DNA of 64,000 nt from Squalus acanthias (lineage: Eukaryota): positions 7,936,001 through 8,000,000 of the forward strand of contig CM059453.1 of NCBI GenBank assembly GCA_030390025.1, in the 5' to 3' direction. Shown in pieces: positions 38,401-49,990 of this stretch. The stretch's first letter is position 1. Each line of letters begins with the position of its first letter. Position numbers and translations under genes: made by a program. Below the pieces are notes generated by a model that was not told the DNA's origin, ran no database searches, and worked only from the letters and a program-made list of their open reading frames with translations.

Positions 38401-41400
38401 CAAGTCCTCCATCTTCTGATAGTCGGGTCAGTGTCCTGTCTTTTTAGGAATGGATAGAAATACTGAACTCTTACTTTTAAGATGAGAATTTCGAGGAAAC
38501 TTGCCTACACAAGCTGACAAAAGTTATCCTAAAACCATGATGTAATCTTAGAGCAATGATAAACAGCAAAGTCTTTTTGAATATTTTAGGAACATTTCCC
38601 TGGGAAATTGTCATCTCAGTCCTAGCAGCCGCGGCAGTTATTCTGTTGATCCTGATCGTGGTGATGGTGCACAGGTATGTGTGATTCATAATTTCTTAAA
38701 CTATTGTGTAAATCACAGATTTGATAGGGGCCATGACATCAGGATATCTGCCTGTGAGAAACTATTGTTTCAAATAATTAACCCATGAGAGCATTGACCC
38801 TGAACCTCAGCTAAGATTTGTAAAGAGGAGGATTAAAGAGGTCAAGTGCTTCTGTGGTGCAAGTAGGGAAGTGTTAAAGGCTCACCTGCCCCTGGTCCCT
38901 CTATGGCCAGTCTATCGCTGGTCTATCGCCGGCCTATCGCTTTTCCCAGCTCCAATAATACCAGAATAGTGGTTCTCTAGCCTTTGCCCCAGTAGCTTTC
39001 GCTTCCATGTCCAAATCTTTTGGGTTCAAGCATTAAACCAAAACATGAGAACCACTTCTGGTCTGACATTGTGGTGGAGAGCGGCATTGTTGGAGATGCC
39101 GTCTTTCATACCAGACATTTAATCAGAAACACCATTTGCCTGCTCAAGTGGATATTAAAGATCCCATGACAATATTAGTGGAAGAGCAGTGAAGTTCTCC
39201 CTGTGTCACGGCAAACATATATTCCCCAATCACTCCAGGAAAGCAGATTAACTCTTCATTTGTCTTATTGTTGTTTGTGGGATATTGCTGTGCTCAAAAT
39301 GACTTCCATGTTTGTCTATAAAACTAGTTTCAAATCATAATTCATTGGCTGCGGAATGCCTTGTGAAGATCCTAAGGTAAAGGCACTATATAATTGCAAG
39401 TTTATTCTTCTGGATTTGGCCTTCCACAGCTAACCAACAACTTGCATTCCTATAGCATCTTGTAAGAACAGTTGCAAAGGCTTCACAAGGGAACATAACT
39501 CGGACACCAATTCAAAGAAGCTGATGTAATGATCAGTGATTTAAATCTTGGTCAATGATGGGGTGTTTAAGTAGGGTCTGAATGGAGAAGAGGGAAGTGG
39601 AGCCGCGGTGGATTCCAAGGAGATAATTCCAGAGTGTGTGGGCTGAGTGATGGAAGGCACGGCCGCCAATGGAGGGTGATCGAAAGAGGGAACAAGAGGC
39701 TGGGATCAGAACATCGGAGATTTGGAACCGGTGCCGATTGTTGTAGGAACAGAGGCCGTTACAGAGGCATGTGTGGGGGCCACGGATGGTTTTATAGAAA
39801 TATTAATCTCTCCAATATTAAGAAAGTAAAGAAAGAGTTGCATTTATACATCGCCTTTCACTGACTCAGGACGTCTGAAAGCGCTTTACAGCCAATTAAA
39901 TCCTTTTGAAGTGTAGTCAATGATGTAATGCAGGAAACGCGGCAGGCAAATTGCGCTCATTGAAACATAGAAGATTCGAGCAGGAGTAGGCCATTCAGGC
40001 CCCTCGAGCCTGCTCCGCCATTCGATGAGATCATGTCTGATCATCCAAACTCATTACCCTGTACCTGCCTTCTCCCCATATCCCTTGATACCTTTAGCTT
40101 TAAGAAATATATCTAACTCATTCTTGAATATATTTAATGACTTGGCCTCAACTACCTTCTGTCTTAGAGAATTCAACAGGTCACCACAGCAAGCTCCCAC
40201 AAACAGCAATCTGACAATGACCAGATAATCTGCTTTAGTGATGTTGATTGAGGGATAAATATTGGCCCAGGACACTGGGGATAACGCCCCTGCTCTTCTT
40301 CGAAATGGTGCCATGGGATCTTTCACGTCCACCTGAGAGAGCAGACGGGGCCTCGGTTTAACGTCTCTTCCGAAAGACGGCACTTCCGACAGTGCAGCGC
40401 TCCCTCAGTACTGCAGTGGAGTGTCAGCCATGATTTTGGTGCTCAAGTCCCTGGAGTGAGACTTGAACAGACAACCTTCTGACTCAGTGGCGAGGGTGCT
40501 GTACACTGAGACACGGCTGACAAGCTAACAGCCGAAAGCTGGTAGCAAGTTCTCAGAGTATATTTTTAGATTAGTTATTTGGGTGTAATAGAAAAACAGC
40601 GGAATTTGGAGAAACGTGTTATTCTTATCTGTCACTCTTTCTTCTGAAGCTGTTTAGTTTCACTATGTATCTTCCAAGGGTATTGCCAGAATTTCTCAAT
40701 TGAAAAAAGGTAGGTTGTGAAATGCCATCATCAAAGTAACTGGAAGCAAGTGACTTTAAATAAATCGACAATTCAAAAGAAGCAGTTAATTTAAATATAT
40801 TTTAAATTATCACAGAAGAAGTCCGTGTTTGAAACGAAAGGCTCGGCTCTTTCCTCAGGCCCATGCCTGACAACAACCATAGACTGTGCAGCAAGTGTAT
40901 CTCCATGAGCTCCAATATTCCTGTTTGAGTGAAGCTGCTTGTTATCTACAATTTAACATGAGAGTATCAGAACAAAAACAATAACTAACTAAGATTAAAT
41001 ACACAATCATTCGTTTTAGTCACAGAATCAAGAACACAGAATCCAAGCTTTCAAACTAAATCAAAAAGGAAATTCCTTTCTCCATCATTTCACGACTCCA
41101 ATAGACTAGAATTAAGCTGTATAATATCAGGAATTAACGTGTTACCGCAACTACATGGCAGTCCCGTCTGCAATTATCAAATGTCATTCGGATTTTGCAT
41201 TAAACTCTTCCGTCTGCTCTTCAGATAGCGTGTTAAGCCAATGTGTGCAAATCGTGTCTATTTAACAAGGTGTGAACACATTGTATGAAACACTTGTCTG
41301 CTTAATAGGGTGTTAAGACAATGTGTGAAACTCATGCCTGCCGTTCAAACACAGTCTTAATAAACAGCAACATTCCCCTGTCAGATACTTACTCGGTGTG

Positions 41401-43298
41401 CACGCACTTTACAAAACTCCTCTATTTGCTGTTTAAATAGTGTTACCTTAGTGTGCGGAATTCATGTGGCGTTATTTGAATAGGTGCGAACAAACTCTCT
41501 ACAATTGTGATGAACCATTGTACAGGCTGAACATTCCTCTCAGTGCGGACTGCACCAAGTCATTAACCAATTCCTTGAGATAGTGACGGCTGGAAATATG
41601 CAATGACCTGAATGTCCGAACGGATTTATTAGAGATAATTTGAATCAATTATGTGATGTGACTTAATTGCATTTTTTTTGAATCAGGAAGAAGACAAGAG
41701 CTACCACTGCTGTTCCCCTTACCAACAACGATTCGGTGAGTTAATTTGTGGCGTAGACCCCGTTTAAAACCGAGGTAAGTGAGGGCATGGCAACGGCCCA
41801 GCATCCGATGGAGTTACCCCTGCCTGATATTGGCACTGTTTGTAACCAGAGTGAGACACATTAACCGTGCAGTTCAACGGTTCAACACGTATTCTGGACA
41901 CCTGTTTGACGGAGTTTATAAGGGATACAATGAGCACCTCACACGACTAACAGAAAAGGTCATGTCCTGATAAATGCATCATGCATTTTCTCTGTAGTGG
42001 ATTTCTATTGAATTCAAAGTGGGTCTGAGAAAACCGATTGACCGTGTCACTACATGTATTAAACAGAATAATGTTTACGCTCCCCTCTAACATCACATTA
42101 CCACCGGTGGTTTAAATAATCAACAAGATCACGTAGTATGAGGGGTTTGAGAGGGTCAAATAGCATGGTATTTTGCTGGGATTATTAACATTGTCCTCCC
42201 TGGATTTTATGGCTCTATTTTACCGCGAGGCGGCAACATTCCGTGCGCGGGGCGTGGTTGAACAATAGGCTCACATAACCAAGCCCGGACAGATTTTAAA
42301 TCCGGGGTCTTAATTCAATATCCAGCCCCGACTCCCACACGAACCAGACTGAAATCATTGGCTATAATAAAAACTGAAAATGCTGGAAATAGTCAGCAGT
42401 TCAGGCAGCGTCTGTGGAGAGAGAAACAGAGTTAACGTTTCAGGTCGATGACTTTTCGTCAGAACTGGAAACGATTCGAGAAGTAACAGATTTTAAGCAA
42501 GTGCAGATGCAGGGAAAGGAGGATAGGACAAAAGGGAAGTTCTGTGATAGGGTGGAAGGCAGGAGATATTAAATGACAAAAGGGATGATGGTGCGAGGCA
42601 AAAGGAGATGGTATTGGGCAAGTAAAGCAACATAAATTGGGTCTAGAGGAGGTGTAAATGGCAACGGCAGAACCATTACCAACAACTACCGTCCGAAACA
42701 ATGGGGCAGTGGTGACGATCGGAAATTGATGAACTCAATGTAGAGCCTGCAAGACTGATAAATGCCTAATCGGAAGAGGGGGTGCCGTTCCTCGAGTTTC
42801 CGTTGAGTTTCATTGGAACAGTGTAAGAGGCCGAGGTCAGAGAGGTCAGAGTGGGAGTGGAGCGGAGAACTAAAATCAAGCTGGCCCAGGGGGACACAGC
42901 GGGAACTCACCCCCCAGCAGTCGGGTAAGTGTTGAGGAGGGGGGAATACTATCGGCGCGGCGGTACTCGGGGCCAGGGGAAGCCCACGGTTTCCTTTTCG
43001 AGGCAGAAGGAGTTGAATAGGACAATTAGAATGGTGGCAGTGATGGAATAAAGCGGGTTATTCTGGTACAGTAAACTCACTCTCACCCGGTTCAGGAGCT
43101 CCACATCTAAAGCACTGCTTTCTTTTACAGAGACAAGACAAGTATGGAAAAACTGGTGTGAGAGGGACTCCATCAAACCAGTCAGCTCAAAGTGAAGAGG
43201 TCCTGTATGCAGCAGTCAGTGTTTCAAAGGTTCGAAAGCAGGAGCGATATCTCCAGAACGAGGAGTCCTGTGAATACGCCGCAATTAAATGCAATTGA
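29488..43298 (+). CDS. Siglec-like inhibitory receptor copy B (leader-V-C2-C2-C2-TM-cytoplasmic ITIM), ~527 aa if a 1-nt homopolymer frameshift is corrected
   Basis: Exons 29488-29530, 29927-30308, 31481-31792, 33123-33380, 34245-34532, 38590-38674, 41687-41735, 43131-43298, all AG/GT and phase compatible (1,1,1,1,1,2,0). Siglec Cys pattern: GSCAEIPC, KQCSL, CSVTHSCP, CT..HCTCSVRANP. Confidence 0.85.
29927..30308 (+). CDS. Copy B V-set exon (frameshift at G7, 30057-30063)
   Basis: VVHSSRWSLKVP...GSCAEIPCTFDYP...GMWLKG / YRGRAQFTGEFEKKQCSLQLKDIRKIDEGVYYFKLE. Confidence 0.9.
31481..31792 (+). CDS. Copy B Ig domain 2 (C2-set)
   Basis: DKPWISV...GTPANLTCSVTHSCP...W...LGCKL...TLTLDVK, open frame. 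Confidence 0.9.
32085..32750 (-). mobile_element. CR1 3' fragment (intronic)
   Basis: ORF 32191-32547 FFTQRVVRMWNSLPQ. Confidence 0.9.
33123..33380 (+). CDS. Copy B Ig domain 3
   Basis: GPQKP...EGSSLLLYC...NGEYWCVADNNLG...ISVQ. Confidence 0.9.
34245..34532 (+). CDS. Copy B Ig domain 4 (membrane proximal)
   Basis: YKPTVVSGPTCTSSESGVHCTCSVRANPPTNITW...ISCFGVNEHG. Confidence 0.9.
34795..36740. mobile_element. Cluster of CR1 3' fragments (~34795-35150 -, ~35340-35990 +, ~36377-36740 -)
   Basis: ORF2 C-terminal motifs in ORFs 34865-35119, 35694-35966 and 36448-36747. Confidence 0.85.
36843..38205 (+). mobile_element. CR1 ORF2 RT region to 3' end, degenerate
   Basis: GEVPEDWRSANVV, YMDFSKA, GVPQGSVLGPLLF, KFADDTKI. 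Confidence 0.95.
38590..38674 (+). CDS. Copy B transmembrane exon
   Basis: GTFPWEIVISVLAAAAVILLILIVVMVHR; no charged residue in the hydrophobic core. Confidence 0.9.
39000..39410 (+). mobile_element. Old DeuSINE-like (SacSINE1-like) copy
   Basis: GGAGATGCCGTCTTTC...AAAGATCCCATG...GAAGAGCAG central domain. Confidence 0.6.
39832..40521 (-). mobile_element. DeuSINE-like tRNA-derived SINE with nested CR1 tail (~39962-40180)
   Basis: tRNA-like head TGTCAGCCGTG.CTCAGTG...GTTCAAGTC on the - strand; Deu-type core. Confidence 0.8.
41687..41735 (+). CDS. Copy B cytoplasmic exon
   Basis: tttgaatcag|G AAG AAG ACA...TCG|gtgag gives (R)KKTRATTAVPLTNNDS and bridges phase 2 to 0. Confidence 0.7.
42365..42870 (-). 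mobile_element. Penelope-like element 3' end/pLTR (second copy ~45045-45590, +)
   Basis: GIY-YIG C-terminus (GLLHC...RKLEERH.LFRLG) and minimal hammerhead CTGACGA...GAAAC. Confidence 0.75.
43131..43298 (+). CDS. Copy B terminal exon with ITIM (VLYAAV) and ITIM-like motif (CEYAAI)
   Basis: RQDKYGKTGVRGTPSNQSAQSEEVLYAAVSVSKVRKQERYLQNEESCEYAAIKCN*. Confidence 0.9.
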   Translation, partial: RQDKYGKTGVRGTPSNQSAQSEEVLYAAVSVSKVRKQERYLQNEESCEYAAIKCN

Positions 43299-43579
43299 AA
43301 ATCAGCGGCATTCACCCTATTCTGACAGATGGAACTGTTCCAGGAAGTGCTGTGATAATGGAGATCTCTCAGCAAGAGACTGCTAACATTTTAATATCTC
43401 TTCCTGAGACAGTTTGATTTACAATCCCAAAGATTGTCCACTACAAGAATACTTCCGAAACGGTGCAGGAAGGGGGCGGGAATGGTCAACGTAATTTTAA
43501 ACTTTTTTATCTGCTTTAATAATAAAATTACTATTTCCCTAATTCGAAATTTGCTTTTATTTCCGAGCAAAAAGAACAG

Positions 43580-44525
43580 AAAGGCTTGCATTTCTATAGC
43601 GCCTTTCAGGACATCCCAAAGTTCTTTACAGCCAACTAAGTACTTTTGAAGTGTGGTCACTGTTGTAATGTAGGAAATGTGGCAGCCAATATGCGCACAG
43701 CAAGCTCCCAAAAACCCCAATGTGATAATGACCATATCGTCTGTTTCTGTTATGTTGACTGAGGGATAAATATTGGGCCCAGGACACCGGGGAGAACTCC
43801 CCCTGCTCATCTTCGAAATAGTGGCCATGGGATCGTTTACGTCCACCTGAGAGAGCAGACGGTTTAACGGCTCCTCTGAAACACGGTACCTCCAACAGTG
43901 CGACGCTCCCTCAGCACTGCCCCTAAGACCGTGCAGCGCTCCCTCAGTACTGCCCCTCCGACAGTGCAGTGCTCCCTCAGTACTACCCCTCCGACAGTGC
44001 GGCGCTCCCTCAGTACAACCCCTCAGACATTGCAGCACTCCCTCATTATTGCCCCTCCGACAGAGTAGTGCTTCCCCAGCACTGCCCCTCTGACAATGCA
44101 GCCCTTCCTCAGTACTGCCCCTCCGACAGTGCAGCAATCCCTCAGAACTGCCCCCCCGAAAGTGCAGCGCTCCCTCATTACTGCCCCTCCGACAGTGCGG
44201 CACCTACTCAGTACAACCCCTCCGACAGTGCAGCACTCCCTCAGAACTGCCCGTCCAAAAGTGCAGTTCTCCCTCAGTACTGCCATTCCGACAGTGCAGC
44301 GCTCCCTCTGTACTGCCCCTCCGACAGTGCAGCGCTCCCTCAGTACTGCCCCTCCGACAGTGCAGCGCTCCCTCAGTACTGCCCCTCCGACAGTGCAGCG
44401 CTCCCTCAGTACTGCCCCTCCGACAGTGCGGCGCTCCCTCAGTACTGCCCCTCCGACAGTGCAGTGCTCCCTCAGTACTGCACTGGAGTGTCAGCCTAGA
44501 TTTTTGTGCTCAAGTCTCTGGAGGG
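43580..44525 (-). mobile_element. DeuSINE-like SINE with an internal 33-bp tandem expansion
   Basis: Flanks match the SINE at 39832-40521. Confidence 0.85.
43893..44480 (+). repeat. 33-bp minisatellite, ~17 units
   Basis: CAGTACTGCCCCTCCGACAGTGCAGCGCTCCCT repeated. Confidence 0.95.
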
Positions 44526-47412
44526 GACCCCTCCCTATTATGTTGTTAAATAGCCCTGCCGGATACCGTTGTCTCTCTCTGTCGGTTGTGGAGTTAGATG
44601 TGCAAACTATCGCAGCCCAGTGTATTAAATCTTCACCTTTCTGTCAACTTCCACCAGTTTCCTTCATTACAGCAGCTAAAATTTCAGAAATAGTTATTCT
44701 GATTCCATCGTTATCCTTCTGAAACGATGGAATTATAAAGAGGCGTGTCTGCGATTAATTCAACTTGAGCTTCATGCTTAGAATATTTTTCGACACGCTA
44801 CCTAGACATACCATGTCAAATAATGTATTTCATGCTGATTCGAAACTGCGCTGAGCTTGATTCGACTGAGTGGCATTCACCAGCTACAAGGTCACTCTCT
44901 GAGATTCCAGCTTATTTACGTGCAGATTTGTAAAACCTGCATTCACATTCTCAAACTGTCATGTTTGGATTTGAACTCTTGTTCTCTCGATTACTCTCAC
45001 TGCATTCCCCACCGGTTTGTACAGTAAGAAGCTAACTTTAATTCAGCTCCCCATTCCCACTCTGACCTCACTTTCCTCCGCCTCCTACAATGTTCCAATG
45101 AAGCTCAATGGAAGCTCGAGGAACAGAACCTCATCTTTCGATTTGGCACTTTACAGTCCTCCAGACTCAACATTGAGTTCCACTTTTCAATTCATTACTT
45201 CTGCCCGCATTTTTTCGTAAGGAAGCTGTTGCTGGTGATTCTGCTATTCCCATTTACACCTCCTCTAAATCCATCTTCTGTTTATTTACTTGCTCCATTA
45301 CCACCTCCTTTCGCCTCGCACCATCATGCTTTTTGTAATAAAATCTCACCTGCCTTCCACCCTTTCACAGATCTTCCCTTTTGTTCTTTCCTCCCCTCGC
45401 CCTTTCCCTGCATCTGCACTTGCTTATACCTGTTACATCTCAAAAGTTTTCCAGATCTGACGAAAGCTCATCGACCTGAAACGTTAACTCTGTTTCTCGC
45501 TCCACGGATGCTGCCTGAGCTGCTGAGTATTTGCAGCATTTTTTGTTTTAATTTCAGATTTCCAGCCTCCACAATAATTTGCTTTTGTAATTTTTTTTAC
45601 ATTAATTTATTTGCCGTCACAGTATAACAGATTCCAATGTCCCAGTGACATTTAAAAAGCAGGTTGATTGCCAGAAAATGACTCTGTGTTCAAACTGCAA
45701 CCAGATAGTATGCATGAAGTGAAGCAAACAGTCACCTTGGTAAATCGCCAAACTTAGCCTTAATTCAACATAATACACCCAGGAGGTATTGCTGAACGGA
45801 ACAGGCATTCCGACAGGACCTTTACAAGATTTAGTGCGTTTCCTGGTTAAGATTCCCTTCAGCTAACTGAAGCTTCCTGTGCTTGCTCTGCAAAATGGTT
45901 CAAATGGACTTTTGCGCTTCGACAGGTTGTGCACAAAGCGACCAGATCACAGCGCACGCCATCTAACGGACAAAGGAAGCAAGTGCATCGCATCAAGCAG
46001 AGCACATTCTCCAGCCGCATCTGCTTCGGTCAACGCACCTGTACATACTTAAACAGTCTATGTTGGGTTGGGTGAGGTAAACTAGCAGTTTGTCTGCGCA
46101 AGATGCGGGATTTCTGCCCCTGTTGGACTCAGATGTGTCTGATGATACAGTGACAGATCGCCTATGTAATGCTGTCGGCCTGCCACTGTGTGGCGCTATT
46201 GGATTGCGAAGCCTTCATTCACACAGAACATGGAACAAGCAAAACCTCGGGCTGCAGGAGGAACCAGAGAAATTATAATAAACTGCAATTTAAATTGCAA
46301 TTGTAGATTGTCCAACATTCTGAAAAACCAAGAACCAATACAGCAATTAGTCTGTCCGCTGTCTAGCTCAACTGGGCTAGGCACTTAAAGGTCAGTCAGG
46401 GCTCCCGCTCCTGTTAAAAATCCCGCCGACACTCGCTTTGAGGCTTGCAAGCTAAGATCTGATCATTTGAGAGCTGCCGGCGGGAATCACATTTCAACAA
46501 GAAACAAGATGTTCAGAAGGGGGCATAATTGGAAAATTGGCCGTGGAAAAATGCAGGGACATTTTTTAAATAACTCTCGGCTGTGGGCGTCGCTGGCAAA
46601 GCCGGCATTTATTGCCCATCCCTAGTTTCCCTTGAGAAGGTGGTGTTTAGCCGCCTTCTTGAACAGATGCAATATATTGTTTTTATTCATTCACGGGATG
46701 TGGGCGTCGCTGTCAAGGCCAGCATTTATTGCCTATCCCTAATTGCCCAATCACTGAGTGACTTGCTCCGCCATTTCAGAGTGCAGTTAAGAGTTTAACA
46801 CATTGCTGTGGTTCTGGTGTCACATGTCGGCCAGACCGGGTAAGGACGTCAGATTTCTTTCCCTAAAAAACATTAGTGAACCAGTTGGGTTTTTACGACA
46901 ATCCTGTACTTTCCTGGTCAGCATTACTGATACTAACTTTTTATTCCAGGTTCATTTGTTTAACTCAATTTAAATTCCCCCAGCATCCGTGGTGGGAGTT
47001 GAAAACATGTCTCTGGATCATTAATCCAGGCCTCTGGTTTACTACACCAGTAACATAACAATAATATGGCCCTGCAAATTGCTAAACAAATATTTACTAA
47101 CCAACCTTACAGTGAAAGCGCTTTAATAATCCGGTTGGCTCTCCTGTTTAATAGTCTATTAATACATTGCATAATATGTTTGAAAGCAGCTGAGAGTGAT
47201 TCAATAACAGGCAATAGTCAACACAAAGAAAGTAGCTTGAATTTTATTGTGTTCACAGGCCGGAACATGGGTCTGCACTGCACCGATTGGTCCAAGCCTT
47301 CAATCAGTGTACAGCTTGTTTAACATGTCTAATCAGATGAGAAGACTTTGAAGTGTCCGTCAGATTTCCTTTACACTCTATCTATCGGTGGGACAATCGG
47401 AAATGTAGCATT

Positions 47413-47782
47413 ATGGAGATCAGAGTGCACGGTTTCCCGTTCCTCCCCATTCCTTCGTCCGCGGACGCTTCCTCCTTAGGTAATAAATCCGCTTTATGTT
47501 CCCCGGGGGGTGGCAATGCGTTGCATCACACAATCGCTCACAATGGCTTTTACCGATGCACTTGAGCAATGCAGCTCCGAAAGTCATCAATTCGCACATT
47601 GATCAATCCTGGCTGAAGGAATCCAAATGCACGCGGAGCCCCGGATTGGAGAGGGGCAATTCATCCATAGTCTTTATCGCTGTTCGGTGAACCCTGATGC
47701 AAGTAGCCTTTTCGATATCCAATGAGGACAGGAGCAGACACCGGGGTATTGGGCCTCGGGACAAACCTCATGGTGAAGGGAG
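47413..47782 (+). pseudogene. Possible decayed V-set exon with germline-joined J-like motif
   Basis: Fragments ITQSL.., SWLKE, GNSSIVF.AVR, GLGTNLMVKG followed by a phase-1 G|GT donor; several frameshifts. Confidence 0.35.
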
Positions 47783-48265
47783 GTATCTGCAAAAATAGCA
47801 GCTTAAGCGAGAGATTGGAGAAATCGAACTCCAGCAAGCGTTCAATTTGGAAGTGGAGAATATTGGGGCAAATACTGCAAGCAAGAACAACGAGTTTTTC
47901 AAATGTCTTGATTGTAAAAACGTGTCGTATCTCTTCGTTGTTATAATTGGTTCATTTGGAAAAAGAAACATTAGAGATTCAGAGAAGCGTCCTCTCTAAG
48001 TTCTGGTCCTTTTCAGGCAAATTTAATAGCTGCATATTCGCTCATCTCCTTGCTATTTACATAACCGTGCCCTTCAGGAATATTTGAAAAGTGCACAGTG
48101 GTGTAAGTAATTTCTTCCTTCTGCTAAGTTGAGTTGGATATCACTTCCCAGCCGTCACTGTCTGGATGATCCCTCTGCAACAGAAACAACACGTGCAGCG
48201 TATAAAAGACTACACGTGGTACAGATACAGAAATAAAACGGGGTACAGGTAGACAAAGAAAACTT

Positions 48266-48986
48266 GGCACAGAATTACCGAGAACACGTACGCACTGTGT
48301 ACTGTGTACTCACCCGCAAGGCCTCCTGAAGTGCCGGTTTCCTGCATGCACTGCGCATGCGTGGGAAACCGGCACTTCCGGTATGGCGAAGGGGGCGTTT
48401 CCTAGGTGAACCGCGTGCGCACTAAAGGCTGCGCGCACGCAGCACATTTAGGTTTTTTTTCAGGTTTCAATGCGAGGGTAAGTATGGAAGATTCAACACG
48501 AGTAAAAAGGAGGCGTAAGACCCCTTTTGAACAAGGTAAGTAGTTAATTAAGTATAATTTTAAAGAAAGGTAAGTTTATTATTATAACTTTTAAAAAGAA
48601 TTCAAATGTTTTCAAAAATTTAAATTTTTGTTTAAAGTGCTTAATTTATTTAACTATAGTTATTTTATTAATGTGATGGATTTTTAAAAATTTATTTGAG
48701 GTTTAGCTGTTCTTTTGGGGCCGATTTCAATTCACAGATTTGACATCCTGTCAAATCTATGAATTAAAGATGGTCTGCTGCCATTGGCTCTCCATGGCCC
48801 ACGTGATCCCAGGGATCGCATCGCACTAACTGCGCCCCTGGGACACGCAAGCACTGCGCGCCGGCACTAGGGAAAGGCCCAGGACCCGAAGTTCCTGTGG
48901 GCCCGAAACACAACGGCAGGCGTGGTAGGTAAGAGCGCGCGTGATCCTTACCCCCGCGGCAAGCCGGCCACCCGAATTTCTAGGCC
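48266..48986 (-). mobile_element. Non-autonomous TIR DNA transposon (MITE-like, probably PIF/Harbinger), copy E1
   Basis: Ends GGCACAGAATT...AATTTCTAGGCC; reverse complement of E2 and E6. Confidence 0.75.
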
Positions 48987-48996
48987 ATTGTTTTGG

Positions 48997-49660
48997 GCAG
49001 TTTATATGTAGAATAACGGATACCCGGGAGTCAGATACAGGCTGTAATCTAATCGAGGATTTCGGGTGAAGGCGGGGTTATATAAAGAATAACAGAAAAC
49101 TGGGAGTGAGTTACAGGTCTGAATATAATCGAGGGGTTTCAGTGTGGTTTGTATATAGAATAACAGCTACCCGGGAGTGAGTTACAGGCTGGAATCGAAT
49201 CGAGGGGTTTGGGGGAGGGTTTATACATAGAATAACAGTTACCCGGGAGTGCTTTACAGGATGAAATCTAATCGAGGAGTTCGGGAGTGGGTCGGCGTTA
49301 TATAAATAATTACAGATAACTGGGAGTGAGTTACAAGCTGGAATCTAATCGAGGGGATTCAGTTTGGTCTGTATATAGAATAACAGATACCCAGGAGCGA
49401 GTTACAGGCTGGAATCTAATCGAGGGGTTCGGGGGAGGGTTTATATATTGAATAACCGACAGTGGGGAATTAGTTCAAAATTGGAATCTAATCGAGGGTT
49501 TCGTGTGTTTTACATACAGAATAACAGAAACCCGGGAGTGAGTTACAGGCTGGAATCTAATCGAGGGGTTCGGGTGGTTTATATATTGAATAATGGATAC
49601 TCGGGGAGTGTGTTACAGGCAGGAATCTAATCGAGGGGTCCGGGCGGTTTATATATAGAA
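48997..49660 (+). repeat. ~70-bp minisatellite, ~9 units
   Basis: GGGAGTGAGTTACAGGCTGGAATCTAATCGAGGGGTTCGG...TTTATATAGAATAACAGATACCC. Confidence 0.9.
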
Positions 49661-49990
49661 AGTGCTACGCAACCAATTGATTAATTATGTTCTAATTCCC
49701 TCGCTCGTTTATATCCGAGCTAACAAATGCGTTTCTGAGGGTGAAGTCTGCGCCAGGTGTAAGCTGGTCCCATGCTTCAATCGCAGGTCTCTGCAAGGCT
49801 GGCAGCTGCCACATTATGAATGACATCGACGCTAAATGGAATGAAACAGCCAGTGATCCAATTCCTGATCACTGCTGAGTGAGCCGTTCGCAACGCGTCA
49901 CTGGGCCTGAATCTTAACTGGGTCAGCCCAGGGCCAGGCACAACTGTGTGCACGGAGCCCACTGGCAGTCAGTGCGCTTGAGTTAACAAT

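Noticed and set aside
40816-40900. Possible extra cytoplasmic exon of copy B
   Set aside because: Acceptor present, but the in-phase reading hits TGA and there is no good donor; the gene splices in frame without it
43391-44722. Long ORFs (270, 176 and 208 aa) with PQYCPSDSAAL-type repeats
   Set aside because: They arise from a 33-bp (multiple of 3) minisatellite inside a SINE; no evidence of coding function
48997-49660. Regularly spaced repeats suggesting a CRISPR array (also 23231-23440)
   Set aside because: Whole units repeat without unique spacers, there are no cas genes, and the context is eukaryotic
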